From Acidimicrobiales bacterium (GTDB lineage Bacteria > Actinomycetota > Acidimicrobiia > Acidimicrobiales > JAHWLA01): DNA of 64,000 nucleotides. The translations under genes were made by a program, and so were the position numbers. Location of the stretch: NCBI GenBank assembly GCA_036260075.1, contig DATAAM010000066.1, positions 4,226-68,225 of the forward strand, given 5' to 3'. Shown piece after piece: positions 46,554 through 55,732 of this stretch; the first letter of the stretch is position 1, and each line of letters opens with the position of its first letter. The notes beneath the pieces are model-generated. The model was not told the DNA's origin, did not search any database, and worked only from the letters and a program-made list of their open reading frames with translations.

Positions 46554-47596
46554 TGGGCAGGCGCGTCCTCGTCACCGGCCTCGGCACGTTCTGGGGCGGG
46601 CGCCTGGCCCAGGCGTTGGAGGGCGACCCCAACGTCGAGGTCATCGTCGGCCTCGACCGGTCGGCACCGAAGGTGCCCTTGGAGCGCACCGAGTTCGTGC
46701 GGGCCGACCAGAGCTACTCGATCCTCTCCCGGATCGTGGAGGCAACCCAGGTCGACACCATCCTCCACACCTTCCTGGTCGTGGACTCCACCCGCATGAC
46801 GGGGCGCACGCTCCACGAGATCAACGTCATCGGCACCATGAACCTGCTGGCGGCCGCGGGGGCCGCCGACAGCCCGGTGCGCAAGATCGTGGTGAAGTCG
46901 TCGAGCCTCGTGTACGGCAGCTCCCACCAGGACCCGGCCTGGTTCCGGGAGGAGACTCCCCGGTCGCGTTCGCCGCGCACGCGGGTGGAGCGATCGCTGC
47001 TCGAGGTGGAGGACTACCTGCGGAACTTCGCGGAGGACAACCCGCACGTGACCGTCTCGCTGCTGCGCTTCGCCAACGTGCTGGGCACCGACATCGTCAC
47101 GCCGCTCACGCGGGCGCTCGACCTCCCCCTCGTCCCGTCGATCTTCGGGTTCGACCCGCTGGTCCAGTTCGTGGAGGAGGACGACGTCATCCGCTCCATC
47201 GAGTTCGCCATGCGCGAGGAGGTGCCGGGGATCTACAACGTGGCGGGCGACGGACGCCTCCCGTGGAGCGAGGTCGCCGCCATCTGCAACAAGCGCCTGC
47301 TGCCGCTGCCTCCGGTGTTCACGGGCTACGCGGCGGCGCCGTTCGGGCTCCTGCGCATCTGCGACCTGCCGCCCGAGACGCTCGACCTCCTGCGCTACGG
47401 CCGGGGCATCGACAACCGGCGCTTCAAGCAGGCGGGCTTCGAGTACCGCTACACCTCGGCCGGCGCCGTCGAGAGCTTCGCCCGGGCGCAACGCCTGCGG
47501 CGCACCGTCGGCGAGCGGCGACCGGCGTACACCTACGAGCCCGACGTCGAGGCGTTCTTCCGCCACTCCCCCGCCGTGGTGCGGGCGACCGACTAG
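46553..47596 (+). CDS. NAD-dependent epimerase/dehydratase family protein
   Basis: The ATG overlaps the upstream TGA (TGATG). Contains the VLVTGLGTFWGGRLA Rossmann motif and VKSSSLVYG. Confidence 0.85.
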   Translation: MGRRVLVTGLGTFWGGRLAQALEGDPNVEVIVGLDRSAPKVPLERTEFVRADQSYSILSRIVEATQVDTILHTFLVVDSTRMTGRTLHEINVIGTMNLLAAAGAADSPVRKIVVKSSSLVYGSSHQDPAWFREETPRSRSPRTRVERSLLEVEDYLRNFAEDNPHVTVSLLRFANVLGTDIVTPLTRALDLPLVPSIFGFDPLVQFVEEDDVIRSIEFAMREEVPGIYNVAGDGRLPWSEVAAICNKRLLPLPPVFTGYAAAPFGLLRICDLPPETLDLLRYGRGIDNRRFKQAGFEYRYTSAGAVESFARAQRLRRTVGERRPAYTYEPDVEAFFRHSPAVVRATD

Positions 47597-48198
47597 AGCC
47601 ACTCCTTCACGAGCGCGTCGCCTCGCTCCTCCCACTCCTCCACGGTGATGCCGTAGCGGATGTGGTCCTCCCACACGCCGTTGATCTGGAGGAAGCGCTC
47701 GGCCAGGCCCTCGTCGCGGATGCCGAGCTTCTCCACCACCCGACGGCTGGCCTGGTTGCGGGGGATGATGCCGACCTCCACCCGGTGCAGGCCGAGGTCC
47801 TCGAAGGCGAACCGCAGGGCGGCGACCAGCGCCTCCGGCACATAGCCGCGGCCCGCCAGCTCCTCGTCGATCCAGTAGCCGACCGTGCAGCTCTGCATGG
47901 CGCCGCGTGAGACGTTCGAGAGGTTCATCTCGCCCGCGAAGCGGTCGACCACGAAGATCCCGAACGCGTAGCCGGTGCCCAGCTGGCGCTCTCGCTCGCG
48001 GGCGCCGCAACGGGCGGCGAACGCCTTCGGGTCCTCCACCACGTCGGGGGCACCGGGCGAGGCGATCGGCTCCCACTTGGTGAGCCAGTCGCGGTTGCGC
48101 CGTCGCACCGCCTGCCACTCCGCGAAGTCGGTCGTGGCCAACGGGCGCAGCAGCACCCGCCGCCCGTGCAGCTCCAGGGGCAACGCCCGGATCACCAC
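47593..48198 (-). CDS. GNAT family N-acetyltransferase (RimJ/RimL-like)
   Basis: The GTG at 48198 gives LRPLATTDFAEWQAVRRRN...GYWIDEELAGRGYVPEALVAALRFAFEDLGLHRVE. Confidence 0.85.
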   Translation of the reverse strand: MVIRALPLELHGRRVLLRPLATTDFAEWQAVRRRNRDWLTKWEPIASPGAPDVVEDPKAFAARCGARERERQLGTGYAFGIFVVDRFAGEMNLSNVSRGAMQSCTVGYWIDEELAGRGYVPEALVAALRFAFEDLGLHRVEVGIIPRNQASRRVVEKLGIRDEGLAERFLQINGVWEDHIRYGITVEEWEERGDALVKEWL

Positions 48199-48205
48199 GC
48201 AACTC

Positions 48206-50092
48206 TCATCGGGCTGCCCGCACCGCCTCGATGGTGGCCGGGTCCTCCAACGACGAGAGGTCGCCCGGATCGCGACCGGTGGCGACCGCCCGCACGGCGC
48301 GGCGCAGCACCTTGGCGTTGCGCGTCTTGGGCAGGGCGTCGGTGAACAGCACGGCCGACGGCCTGAAGGACTTGCCGAGGGTGTCGGCCACCACGCCCGC
48401 CAGCTCCCCCCGCAGCTCGTCGCTCTCCGCCGCCCCCGGGAGCAGCACCACATAGACCCACAGCGACTCGCCCTTCACCTCGTCGGGGATGCCCACCGCA
48501 GCCGCCTCCTGCACCGCCGGGTGGCCGACAAGCACGGACTCCACCTCCGCCGGCCCCAGGCGCTTGCCCGCCACCTTGATGGTGTCGTCGCTGCGCCCGT
48601 GGAGGAACCAGTCGCCGTCGGCGTCGACCGAGGCCCAGTCGCCGTGCACCCACACGTCGGGCCAGCGGCTCCAGTACGTCTCGACGAAGCGCTCGGGGTC
48701 CCGGTACAGGCCCCGGGTCATGCCCGGCCACGGCTTCGTGCACACGAGCTCGCCGACGGCCTCGCGCAGGGGCTTGCCGTCGTCGTCGAACACGTCGACG
48801 GCCATGCCGAGCGCAGGCCCGCCGAGCGACATCGGCTTCAGCGGCGTCACCGGGTGCGGCGAGAGGAAGCAGGCGCCCACCTCGGTGCCGCCGGAGAAGT
48901 TGACGACAGGGCACCGGCCGCCGCCCACGACGCCGAAGTACCACTCCCACGGCGCCAGGTTCCACGGCTCGCCGGTGGAGCCGAGGATGCGGAGCGCCGA
49001 CAGGTCGTGCCTGCGCACGGGCTCGTCGCCGTGCGGCATGAGCCCCCGCACCAGCGTGGGGCTGATGCCGAGGACGGTGATGCGGTGGCGGGCCAGGAAC
49101 GCCCACAGCCGGTCGACCTCGGGCCAGTCGGGGGCGCCTTCGTACAGCGCCAGCGTGGCGCCGTTGGCCAGGGCGGCCGTGATCTCCCACGGCCCCATGA
49201 TCCAACCCATGTCGGTGAACCAGAACAGGGTGTCGTCGGCTCGGCAGTCGGTCTGGAAGGCGCCTTCCTCCGCCACCTTGGGCAGCCACCCGCCGTGCAC
49301 GTGCACCGAGCCCTTCGGCCGTCCGGTGGTGCCGGAGGTGTACGCCACGAACAGCATGTGCTCGCTGTCGAACGCCTCGAAGGGGCGCCGCTCCGACGCC
49401 GGCGCGGGCCACGGGACGCCGCCCCCACGGCCGAGTCGCGGCACCACCACCGTCGTCTCCACGGTGGGGCACTGCGCCACCGCCTCCTCGGCCACGGCCA
49501 GCATGTCGACGACCTTGCCGCGGCGATGGGCGCCGTCGGCCGTGATCAGCGCCTTGGCCTCGGCGTCCTGCAACCGGGTGGCCACCGCGGCGGCGCCGTA
49601 CCCACTGAACAGCGGCAGGAAGACGGCGCCCAGCTTCGCCACCGCCAGGACCGCCGCCACCGTCTCGGGGATCATCGGCATGAAGATGCCGACCCGGTCC
49701 CCGACCCCCACGCCTCGGGACGCCAGCAGCGCGCACGCCCCGTCGACCTGGGCGTGCAGCTCGTCGTACGTCCACGTGCGCACCTCGCCGTCCTCGCCCT
49801 CCCACAGCAGGGCGGTGCGCCCGCCGGGGTGGCGCAGGCAGGCCTCGGCGAAGTTGAGGCGACCGCCTGTGAACCAGGTGGTCCAGGCGATCCCCTTGCT
49901 GTCGTCGAGCACGGTGTCCCACCGGCGGGAGAAGGGGATCCCGAGGAAGTCGACGACCGATCCCCAGAACCATTCGAGGTCGTGGACAGATCGTTCGACG
50001 AGCTCGTCGAAGGATGCGATGCCGTGGGCGGCCATGAAGCGCCCCACGTTCGTGCCCGCCGGATCGGCGGGGTGCCACACCGGGTCGCTCAC
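48206..50092 (-). CDS. AMP-forming acyl-CoA synthetase (acetyl-/acetoacetyl-CoA synthetase-like)
   Basis: The GTG at 50092 overlaps the upstream TGA. Contains AYTSGTTGRPKG, GRSDDTIKVAGKRLGPAEVE and PKTRNAKVLRR. Confidence 0.9.
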   Translation of the reverse strand: MSDPVWHPADPAGTNVGRFMAAHGIASFDELVERSVHDLEWFWGSVVDFLGIPFSRRWDTVLDDSKGIAWTTWFTGGRLNFAEACLRHPGGRTALLWEGEDGEVRTWTYDELHAQVDGACALLASRGVGVGDRVGIFMPMIPETVAAVLAVAKLGAVFLPLFSGYGAAAVATRLQDAEAKALITADGAHRRGKVVDMLAVAEEAVAQCPTVETTVVVPRLGRGGGVPWPAPASERRPFEAFDSEHMLFVAYTSGTTGRPKGSVHVHGGWLPKVAEEGAFQTDCRADDTLFWFTDMGWIMGPWEITAALANGATLALYEGAPDWPEVDRLWAFLARHRITVLGISPTLVRGLMPHGDEPVRRHDLSALRILGSTGEPWNLAPWEWYFGVVGGGRCPVVNFSGGTEVGACFLSPHPVTPLKPMSLGGPALGMAVDVFDDDGKPLREAVGELVCTKPWPGMTRGLYRDPERFVETYWSRWPDVWVHGDWASVDADGDWFLHGRSDDTIKVAGKRLGPAEVESVLVGHPAVQEAAAVGIPDEVKGESLWVYVVLLPGAAESDELRGELAGVVADTLGKSFRPSAVLFTDALPKTRNAKVLRRAVRAVATGRDPGDLSSLEDPATIEAVRAAR

Positions 50093-51180
50093 GACTGCAA
50101 CACCTCTTCGACGGCCGCCAACAACAACGTGACGTTCCTCGCCCGGGCCGTGTGGCCCATGCACCCGATGCGCCACACCTTTCCCGCCACCGGCCCCAAC
50201 CCGCCGCCCACCTCGATGCCGTGGCGCTCGAGCAGTGCCCGCCGCACCGCCGCCTCGTCCACCCCTTCCGGCACCCGCACCGACGTCAGCTGCGGCAGTC
50301 GAGAGCCCTCGCGGGCGAACAGCCCGAAGCCCAGCTTCTCCATGCCCGCCTGGAGCCGCTCGCCGCACTCGGCATGCCGGGCCCACCCCGCCTCCAAGCC
50401 CTCGTCGAGCACCACCCCCAACCCCGCGTGCAGCGCGTACACCATGGAGATCGGAGCGGTGTGGTGGTACGTGCGGGCCTGGCCCGCGGTGGTGTACTGC
50501 CCGATCAGGCCCACGTCGAGGTACCACGACTGCGGGCGTTCGACCCGCCGTTGGCGCGCCCGGTCGCTCATCGTGAACGGCGCCAGGCCCGGGGGCACGC
50601 CGAGGCACTTCTGGGTGCCCGCGTAGGCCACGTCGATCCCCCAGCCGTCGACGTCCACCTCGATGCCGCCCAGCGACGTGACGCAGTCGACCAACAGCAG
50701 GGCGTCGCCCTTGCCGGCGCCGAGCGGCGCCACGTCGTTGCGCACTCCGGTGGACGTCTCCGCGTGCACCACCGCGATCACCTTCGGGGACGGGTGCGCG
50801 TCGAGCAGGCGGTCGGGCTCGACGGGCTCGCCCCACGGCGCCTCCACCCGCACGACCTGCCCGCCGCAGCGTGCGGCCACCTCGCACATGCGCTCGCCGA
50901 ACACGCCGTTGACGCCCACGACCACCACGTCGCCGGGCGACACCGTGTTGACGAACGCCGCCTCCATGCCCGCCGACCCCGTGCCGCTGACGGGGAACGT
51001 GAGCGCGTTGCGCGTGCGGAACACGGCCCGGAGCCGGTCGCACGTCTCGTCGAGGAGGCGCAGGAACTCCGGGTCGAGGTGCCCGAGCACGGGCCGCGCC
51101 ATGGCGGCCGTCACCTCGGGGTACGGGTTGCCGGGGCCCGGGCCCATGAGGATGCGATCGGCGAACGCCACGGGGTGCAC
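50089..51180 (-). CDS. class V aminotransferase (serine-pyruvate/alanine-glyoxylate type)
   Basis: The GTG at 51180 gives RILMGPGPGNPYPEV...VHAETSTGV...AGTQKCLGVPPGLAP, which contains the PLP lysine. Confidence 0.85.
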   Translation of the reverse strand: MHPVAFADRILMGPGPGNPYPEVTAAMARPVLGHLDPEFLRLLDETCDRLRAVFRTRNALTFPVSGTGSAGMEAAFVNTVSPGDVVVVGVNGVFGERMCEVAARCGGQVVRVEAPWGEPVEPDRLLDAHPSPKVIAVVHAETSTGVRNDVAPLGAGKGDALLLVDCVTSLGGIEVDVDGWGIDVAYAGTQKCLGVPPGLAPFTMSDRARQRRVERPQSWYLDVGLIGQYTTAGQARTYHHTAPISMVYALHAGLGVVLDEGLEAGWARHAECGERLQAGMEKLGFGLFAREGSRLPQLTSVRVPEGVDEAAVRRALLERHGIEVGGGLGPVAGKVWRIGCMGHTARARNVTLLLAAVEEVLQS

Positions 51181-51216
51181 TCTACGGCGCGGAGGAAGCC
51201 CGCTACCGTCCACTGG

Positions 51217-53088
51217 ATGCGATGCGTGCGGCCGTTCCTGCTCGCCTCGGCCGTCGCCTTGGTCGCCGCGACTGCGCCGCCCACGCCGCCGGGCCACGCC
51301 GACACCGGCGGCGCCCGGTTCTTCGGCTCGACCGGTGGCATCCGGCTGAACTCGCCGGTCATCGGGATGGCCCGCACGCCCACCGGCGACGGCTACTGGC
51401 TCACGGCCGCCGACGGCGGGGTGTTCGCCTTCGGCAACGCCAGGTTCCACGGCTCCATGGGCGGGACGCGGCTGAACGCGCCGATCGTCGGCACGGCCGC
51501 CCACCCCAGCGGCGCCGGTTACTGGCTGGTCGCGTCAGACGGTGGCGTCTTCGCCTTCGGCAACGCGAGGTTCCACGGCTCCATGGGTGGGACACGGCTC
51601 AACGCGCCGATCGTCGGCATGGCCGCCCACCCCGGCGGCGCGGGCTACTGGCTGGTCGCCTCCGACGGTGGCGTCTTCGCCTTCGGCAACGCCAGGTTCC
51701 ACGGCTCCGTGGGCGGGACGCGGCTCAACGCGCCGATCGTCGGCATGGCCGCCCACCCCAGCGGCGCGGGCTACTGGCTGGCGGCCTCGGACGGCGGCGC
51801 CTTCTCCTTCGGCGCCTCGCGCTTCCACGGCTCCATGGGCGGCACCAGCCTCAACCGGCCCGTGGTCGGCACGGCGGGCACGCCCACGGGCAGCGGGTAC
51901 TGGCTGGTGGCCTCCGACGGCGGCATCTTCTCGTTCGGCGACGCCGTGTTCCACGGGAGCACCGGCGGGACGCCCCTCAACCGGCCGGTGGTCGGCATGG
52001 CGGCCACGCCCACCGGCGGCGGGTACTGGCTGGTGGCCTCCGACGGCGGGGTGTTCGCCTTCCCGTCCTCGGCCCCCACGCTGTCGGTGTCGGTGGTGGC
52101 GTCGGGGCTCGTCATCCCGTGGGACGTGGCGTTCACGCCCGACGGCGTGCTGCTGTTCACCGAACGGCCGGGGCGCATCGGCGCGATCGTCGGCGGCAAC
52201 CGCCGCCTTCTCGCCCAGCCGGGCGACGTGTACGTCAACAGCGAAGGCGGCCTGCTGGGGATGGCGGTCGACCCCGAGTTCGCCTCCAACCGGCGCATCT
52301 ACGTGTGCCAGAGCTGGACCGACGGCACCAACCGCGACGTGCGGCTGTACGCGTACACGGTCGACACCGGCTACACCGCCGCCATCCGCGCGGGCGGGCC
52401 GCTGTTCAGCGGGGCGCCCGCGGGAAGCGGCAGGCACAACGGGTGCCGGCCCCGCTTCGGCCCCGACGGCCGGCTGTGGGTCGGCACCGGCGACGCCGCC
52501 GTCGGCACCGTGCCGCAGGACCTCGGCTCGCTGGGCGGAAAGGTCCTCCGCATCGACAAGCACACGGGAGCGAGGGTGCCCGGCAACATCGGCGGCTCCC
52601 GAATCCACACGTACGGTCACCGCAACGTGCAGGGCATCGCCGTGCGGCCGGGGAGCGACCAGGTGTACGCAGTGGAGCACGGGCCGGTGGGCGACGACGA
52701 GATCACCCTCCTGCGGGCGGGCGGCAACAGCGGCTGGCACCCGGTGCCCGGCTACAACGAGACCGTCCCGATGACCGACACGGCTCGGTTCCCCGATGCC
52801 ATGCGCCCGTCGTGGAGCTCGGGCGACGAGCGGCTGGCGCCGTCGGGCGCCGCCTTCGTGACCGGCTCGAACTGGAGGTCGTGGAGCGGCGCGCTGGCTG
52901 TGGCCCTCCTGCGCGGCCAGCAGCTGCGCATGCTGTTCCTCGACGCCGAAGGCGGCCTGCTCGGCCAAGAGGTCGTGCACCGCGGCACCGACCGGCTGCG
53001 GACGGCCGTGCTCGGCCCCGACGGCAGCCTCTACGTCACCACGTCGAACGGCTCGAACGACCGCATCCTGCGCTTCACGCCGAGCTGA
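51217..53088 (+). CDS. secreted fusion: six GYW-DGG-F-FG repeats plus a PQQ-dependent (soluble glucose/sorbosone) dehydrogenase-like beta-propeller
   Basis: The signal peptide is MRCVRPFLLASAVALVAATAPP. The repeats span 51310-52071. The C-terminal part carries PWDVAFTPDGVLLFTERPGRI, GGLLGMAVDPEF, GRHNGCR and HTYGHRNVQGIA, which are typical of the GSDH family. Confidence 0.85.
   Translation: MRCVRPFLLASAVALVAATAPPTPPGHADTGGARFFGSTGGIRLNSPVIGMARTPTGDGYWLTAADGGVFAFGNARFHGSMGGTRLNAPIVGTAAHPSGAGYWLVASDGGVFAFGNARFHGSMGGTRLNAPIVGMAAHPGGAGYWLVASDGGVFAFGNARFHGSVGGTRLNAPIVGMAAHPSGAGYWLAASDGGAFSFGASRFHGSMGGTSLNRPVVGTAGTPTGSGYWLVASDGGIFSFGDAVFHGSTGGTPLNRPVVGMAATPTGGGYWLVASDGGVFAFPSSAPTLSVSVVASGLVIPWDVAFTPDGVLLFTERPGRIGAIVGGNRRLLAQPGDVYVNSEGGLLGMAVDPEFASNRRIYVCQSWTDGTNRDVRLYAYTVDTGYTAAIRAGGPLFSGAPAGSGRHNGCRPRFGPDGRLWVGTGDAAVGTVPQDLGSLGGKVLRIDKHTGARVPGNIGGSRIHTYGHRNVQGIAVRPGSDQVYAVEHGPVGDDEITLLRAGGNSGWHPVPGYNETVPMTDTARFPDAMRPSWSSGDERLAPSGAAFVTGSNWRSWSGALAVALLRGQQLRMLFLDAEGGLLGQEVVHRGTDRLRTAVLGPDGSLYVTTSNGSNDRILRFTPS
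51310..52071 (+). repeat. in-frame tandem repeat, 126-bp period, about six units
   Basis: Units start at 51391, 51517, 51643, 51769, 51895 and 52021, with a partial unit before 51391. Units 2 and 3 are over 90% identical at the DNA level by eye. Confidence 0.85.
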
Positions 53089-54004
53089 GCATCGACATCA
53101 CGAGGCCGTCGAGGATGTCGGACTCCGACACCAGGCACTCGTCGAAGTCGAAGTGGCGCATCACGCTGACCAACACCACGGCGCCGCCCACGATCACCTC
53201 GGCCCGGCCCGGCTCGAGGCCCGGGTTGTGGCGACGATCCTCCAGGGCTTCGGTGGCAAGCGTGCGGAACACGTCCTCGGCGGCAGCGCGGGTCAGGACG
53301 AAGTGGTGGATGCGGTCGCGGTCGTACGCCGGCAACCCGATCTCGACAGCCGCCATCGTCGACACCGTCCCCGCCAGCCCCACCAGCCGTCGCGCCTGCT
53401 TGACGGCGGGGATCTCGCGGGCCACGTCCTCCAAGTGGTCGCGCACCACGGAGACGGCCTGCGACAGCTCCTCGGGGGCAGGTGGATCGTGATGCAGGAA
53501 CTTCTCCGTGACGCGCACGCACCCGACGTCGACGGACACCACGCCCTCCGGCTCGGTGGCCCCGACCACGAACTCGCTCGACCCGCCGCCGATGTCGACC
53601 ACGAGGAACGGGCCGTCGGCGGGGTCGAGCTCGGCGGTGGCGCCGAGGAACGACAGGCGGCCTTCCTCGGCACCGGGGAGCAGCTCGGGACGGACGCCGA
53701 CGACGGCTTCGGCGACGTCGAAGAGCTCGTCGCGGTTCTCGGCATCGCGCGCCGCCGAGGTGGCGGTGATGCGCACCTGCTCGACCCCGAACCGGTCCAT
53801 CACGGCGCGGTACTCGCGGAGCACGGCGGCGGTGCGCTCGACGGCGTCGGGAGCAAGGCGCCCGGTGGCATCGACCCCTTGCCCGAGCCGCGTGATCCGC
53901 ATGAGCCGTTCGAGCGTGCGGGTGCCGTCCTCGCTCACCAGCAGCCGGGTGGAGTTCGTCCCGCAGTCGACGGCGGCGACGATCACAGGTGCTCCGCCAC
54001 CCAT
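53075..54004 (-). CDS. ppx: exopolyphosphatase / Ppx-GppA family phosphatase
   Basis: The ATG at 54004 gives AAVDCGTNSTRLLV, VVDIGGGSSEF and GLAGTV. Confidence 0.9.
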   Translation of the reverse strand: MGGGAPVIVAAVDCGTNSTRLLVSEDGTRTLERLMRITRLGQGVDATGRLAPDAVERTAAVLREYRAVMDRFGVEQVRITATSAARDAENRDELFDVAEAVVGVRPELLPGAEEGRLSFLGATAELDPADGPFLVVDIGGGSSEFVVGATEPEGVVSVDVGCVRVTEKFLHHDPPAPEELSQAVSVVRDHLEDVAREIPAVKQARRLVGLAGTVSTMAAVEIGLPAYDRDRIHHFVLTRAAAEDVFRTLATEALEDRRHNPGLEPGRAEVIVGGAVVLVSVMRHFDFDECLVSESDILDGLVMSMLSSA

Positions 54005-54414
54005 CGGCCGACGGGGTCGTCGCCCCCGGCCAGGTACCAGGCGTAGTGGGCGTGCAGGCACTTCACGCCCTGGCGGGTGCCGCCCACGCCGCCCGTCGGC
54101 CGCGGCCCTCGGTGGTCCGGCGGGAGCAGCCCGTCGCGCTCGGCTGCGTAGCGGGCGTGCGCGGCCGCCAGCTCGTCGGGGTCGACGGCAGCCTCGGCCG
54201 CCTTCACCCCACCCGCCGCCTCCAAGCGGCTCACGGCCTCGCGCTCCTCCTCGCCCACGAGCCAGTACAGCGTGGGCATGGGCGTGGCGTCGGCCAGCAG
54301 CGGGCGGTTGCGGATCACCACCGGGTCGCCCGCCTCGTTGCGCACCACCACCTCGTAGCCGCCCCTCGGCTCGCGGCCGAGGAGCGTGACGACGCGGACG
54401 TGCTCGTCGCTCAT
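53983..54414 (-). CDS. DUF501 domain protein
   Basis: The ATG at 54414 overlaps the upstream TGA. Contains PMPTLYWL and GVKCLHAHYAWYLAGG. Confidence 0.8.
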   Translation of the reverse strand: MSDEHVRVVTLLGREPRGGYEVVVRNEAGDPVVIRNRPLLADATPMPTLYWLVGEEEREAVSRLEAAGGVKAAEAAVDPDELAAAHARYAAERDGLLPPDHRGPRPTGGVGGTRQGVKCLHAHYAWYLAGGDDPVGRWVAEHL

Positions 54415-55205
54415 CCCCGACGAGAGCGACGGCGCCGCACGAACACCCACAGCAGGAACAGGACGGCGCCCACTGCCGGGCCGACCCGCTTGGCCACCGA
54501 GCCGCCCGCGGTGCCGATCAGGTCGACCGGCTGCGCCGGCACAGGCTCGATGCGACGGACCGACGGCGGCGCGGGCTCGTCGGTGCCCGGGCCCGGTCCA
54601 CCGGGCTTCGGCTCGGACGCCTCGCTCGAGGAGCCCGCCGGCTCGGAAAGCGGTGCCGACCCGTCTCCGTTGCCCGACGGCGCCACCTCCTCGGCGGCGA
54701 CGGCAGGCGCAGCGGGCGCCCACGCGGGCTCCTCCGTGGCGGCCTCCTTCGTCCCCTCGGCACCGCGCAGCACGTCGGCCTCGAGCCGCTCCACGAACTG
54801 GCCGAGCAGCTTGGCACTCACGTCGGCGAGCACCCCTCGGCCGAACTGCGCCACCTTCCCGGTGACCGCGAGGTCGGTCACGACCTCGACCCGGGTGCCG
54901 TCGCCGTCGGGCTGGAGGGTGGCCGTGATGGTGGCGTTGGCGTTGCCCTGGCCCCGCGTGTCGCGGCCCTCGGCGCGCAGCACAGCGCGCCGGCCGGTGT
55001 CGTCGCGCTCCACGAAGGTGGCGCTGCCCTTGTACTGCGCGGTGATCGGCCCCACCTTCACCTTCACGACGCCGCGGTACTCGTCGCCTTCCACCTCGTG
55101 CAGCTCGGCCCCGGGCATGCACGGTGCGATCCGCTCCACGTCGGTCAGCACGGCCCACGCCCGTTCCACCGGCACGCTCACGCGGAACTCGTTGGTCAGC
55201 TCCAT
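54411..55205 (-). CDS. SRPBCC / CoxG-like protein with a low-complexity linker and C-terminal membrane anchor
   Basis: The ATG at 55205 gives MELTNEFRVSVPVERAWAVLTDVERIAPCMPGAEL. The tail is VGAVLFLLWVFVRRRRSRRG. Confidence 0.85.
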   Translation of the reverse strand: MELTNEFRVSVPVERAWAVLTDVERIAPCMPGAELHEVEGDEYRGVVKVKVGPITAQYKGSATFVERDDTGRRAVLRAEGRDTRGQGNANATITATLQPDGDGTRVEVVTDLAVTGKVAQFGRGVLADVSAKLLGQFVERLEADVLRGAEGTKEAATEEPAWAPAAPAVAAEEVAPSGNGDGSAPLSEPAGSSSEASEPKPGGPGPGTDEPAPPSVRRIEPVPAQPVDLIGTAGGSVAKRVGPAVGAVLFLLWVFVRRRRSRRG

Positions 55206-55732
55206 GCCTGCAGGTCCTCCACGGTGTCGACGTCCGCCGGCTCGCCCTCGCACGCTACTTCCACCACGAGGTCGGGCCGCTCTCGCATCACCACCCGCGC
55301 CCCCTCGTCGCCCGTGGTCGGCAACAGCGGCCACACCTCACGGGAGAGGCGCACGGGGTTGCGCCGCCTGCCGCCGTAGGTGGCCACGGCGATCGGTGCG
55401 CCCTCGGCCGACGCCACCGCCTGCCAGGCGGACGGGGGGACCAGCGGCTGGTCGGCCAGGCCGACCACCACGGCGTCGTGGCCGCCGGCCTCGGCGGCGG
55501 CCAAGCCGACCTGGAGCGACGTGGCCATGCCCTCGCGCCAGCGTTCGTTGTGCACGGCTCCGTCGAGGGGCACGGCGCCGCTCACGACGATCACGTCGAG
55601 CCCAGCCTCCCGAGCGGCGTCGACAGCCCAGCGCCACAGCGGCTTGCCGCGGAACGACGTGAGCAGCTTGTGCTCCTCGCCACCGAACCGGGAGCCGCCG
55701 CCCGCCGCCAGCACCACGGCGGCCGCGCTCAA
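55196..55732 (-). CDS. MobA/MocA-like nucleotidyltransferase (molybdenum cofactor cytidylyltransferase-like)
   Basis: The TTG at 55732 overlaps the upstream TGA (TTGA). Contains VVLAAGGGSRFGG and GLADQP. Confidence 0.8.
   Translation of the reverse strand: MSAAAVVLAAGGGSRFGGEEHKLLTSFRGKPLWRWAVDAAREAGLDVIVVSGAVPLDGAVHNERWREGMATSLQVGLAAAEAGGHDAVVVGLADQPLVPPSAWQAVASAEGAPIAVATYGGRRRNPVRLSREVWPLLPTTGDEGARVVMRERPDLVVEVACEGEPADVDTVEDLQAWS

Noticed and set aside
51310-52071. A regular 126-bp repeat array, considered as a possible CRISPR or satellite.
   Set aside because: The units are contiguous with no unique spacers. They are in frame and encode a conserved 42-aa protein repeat within a long ORF.
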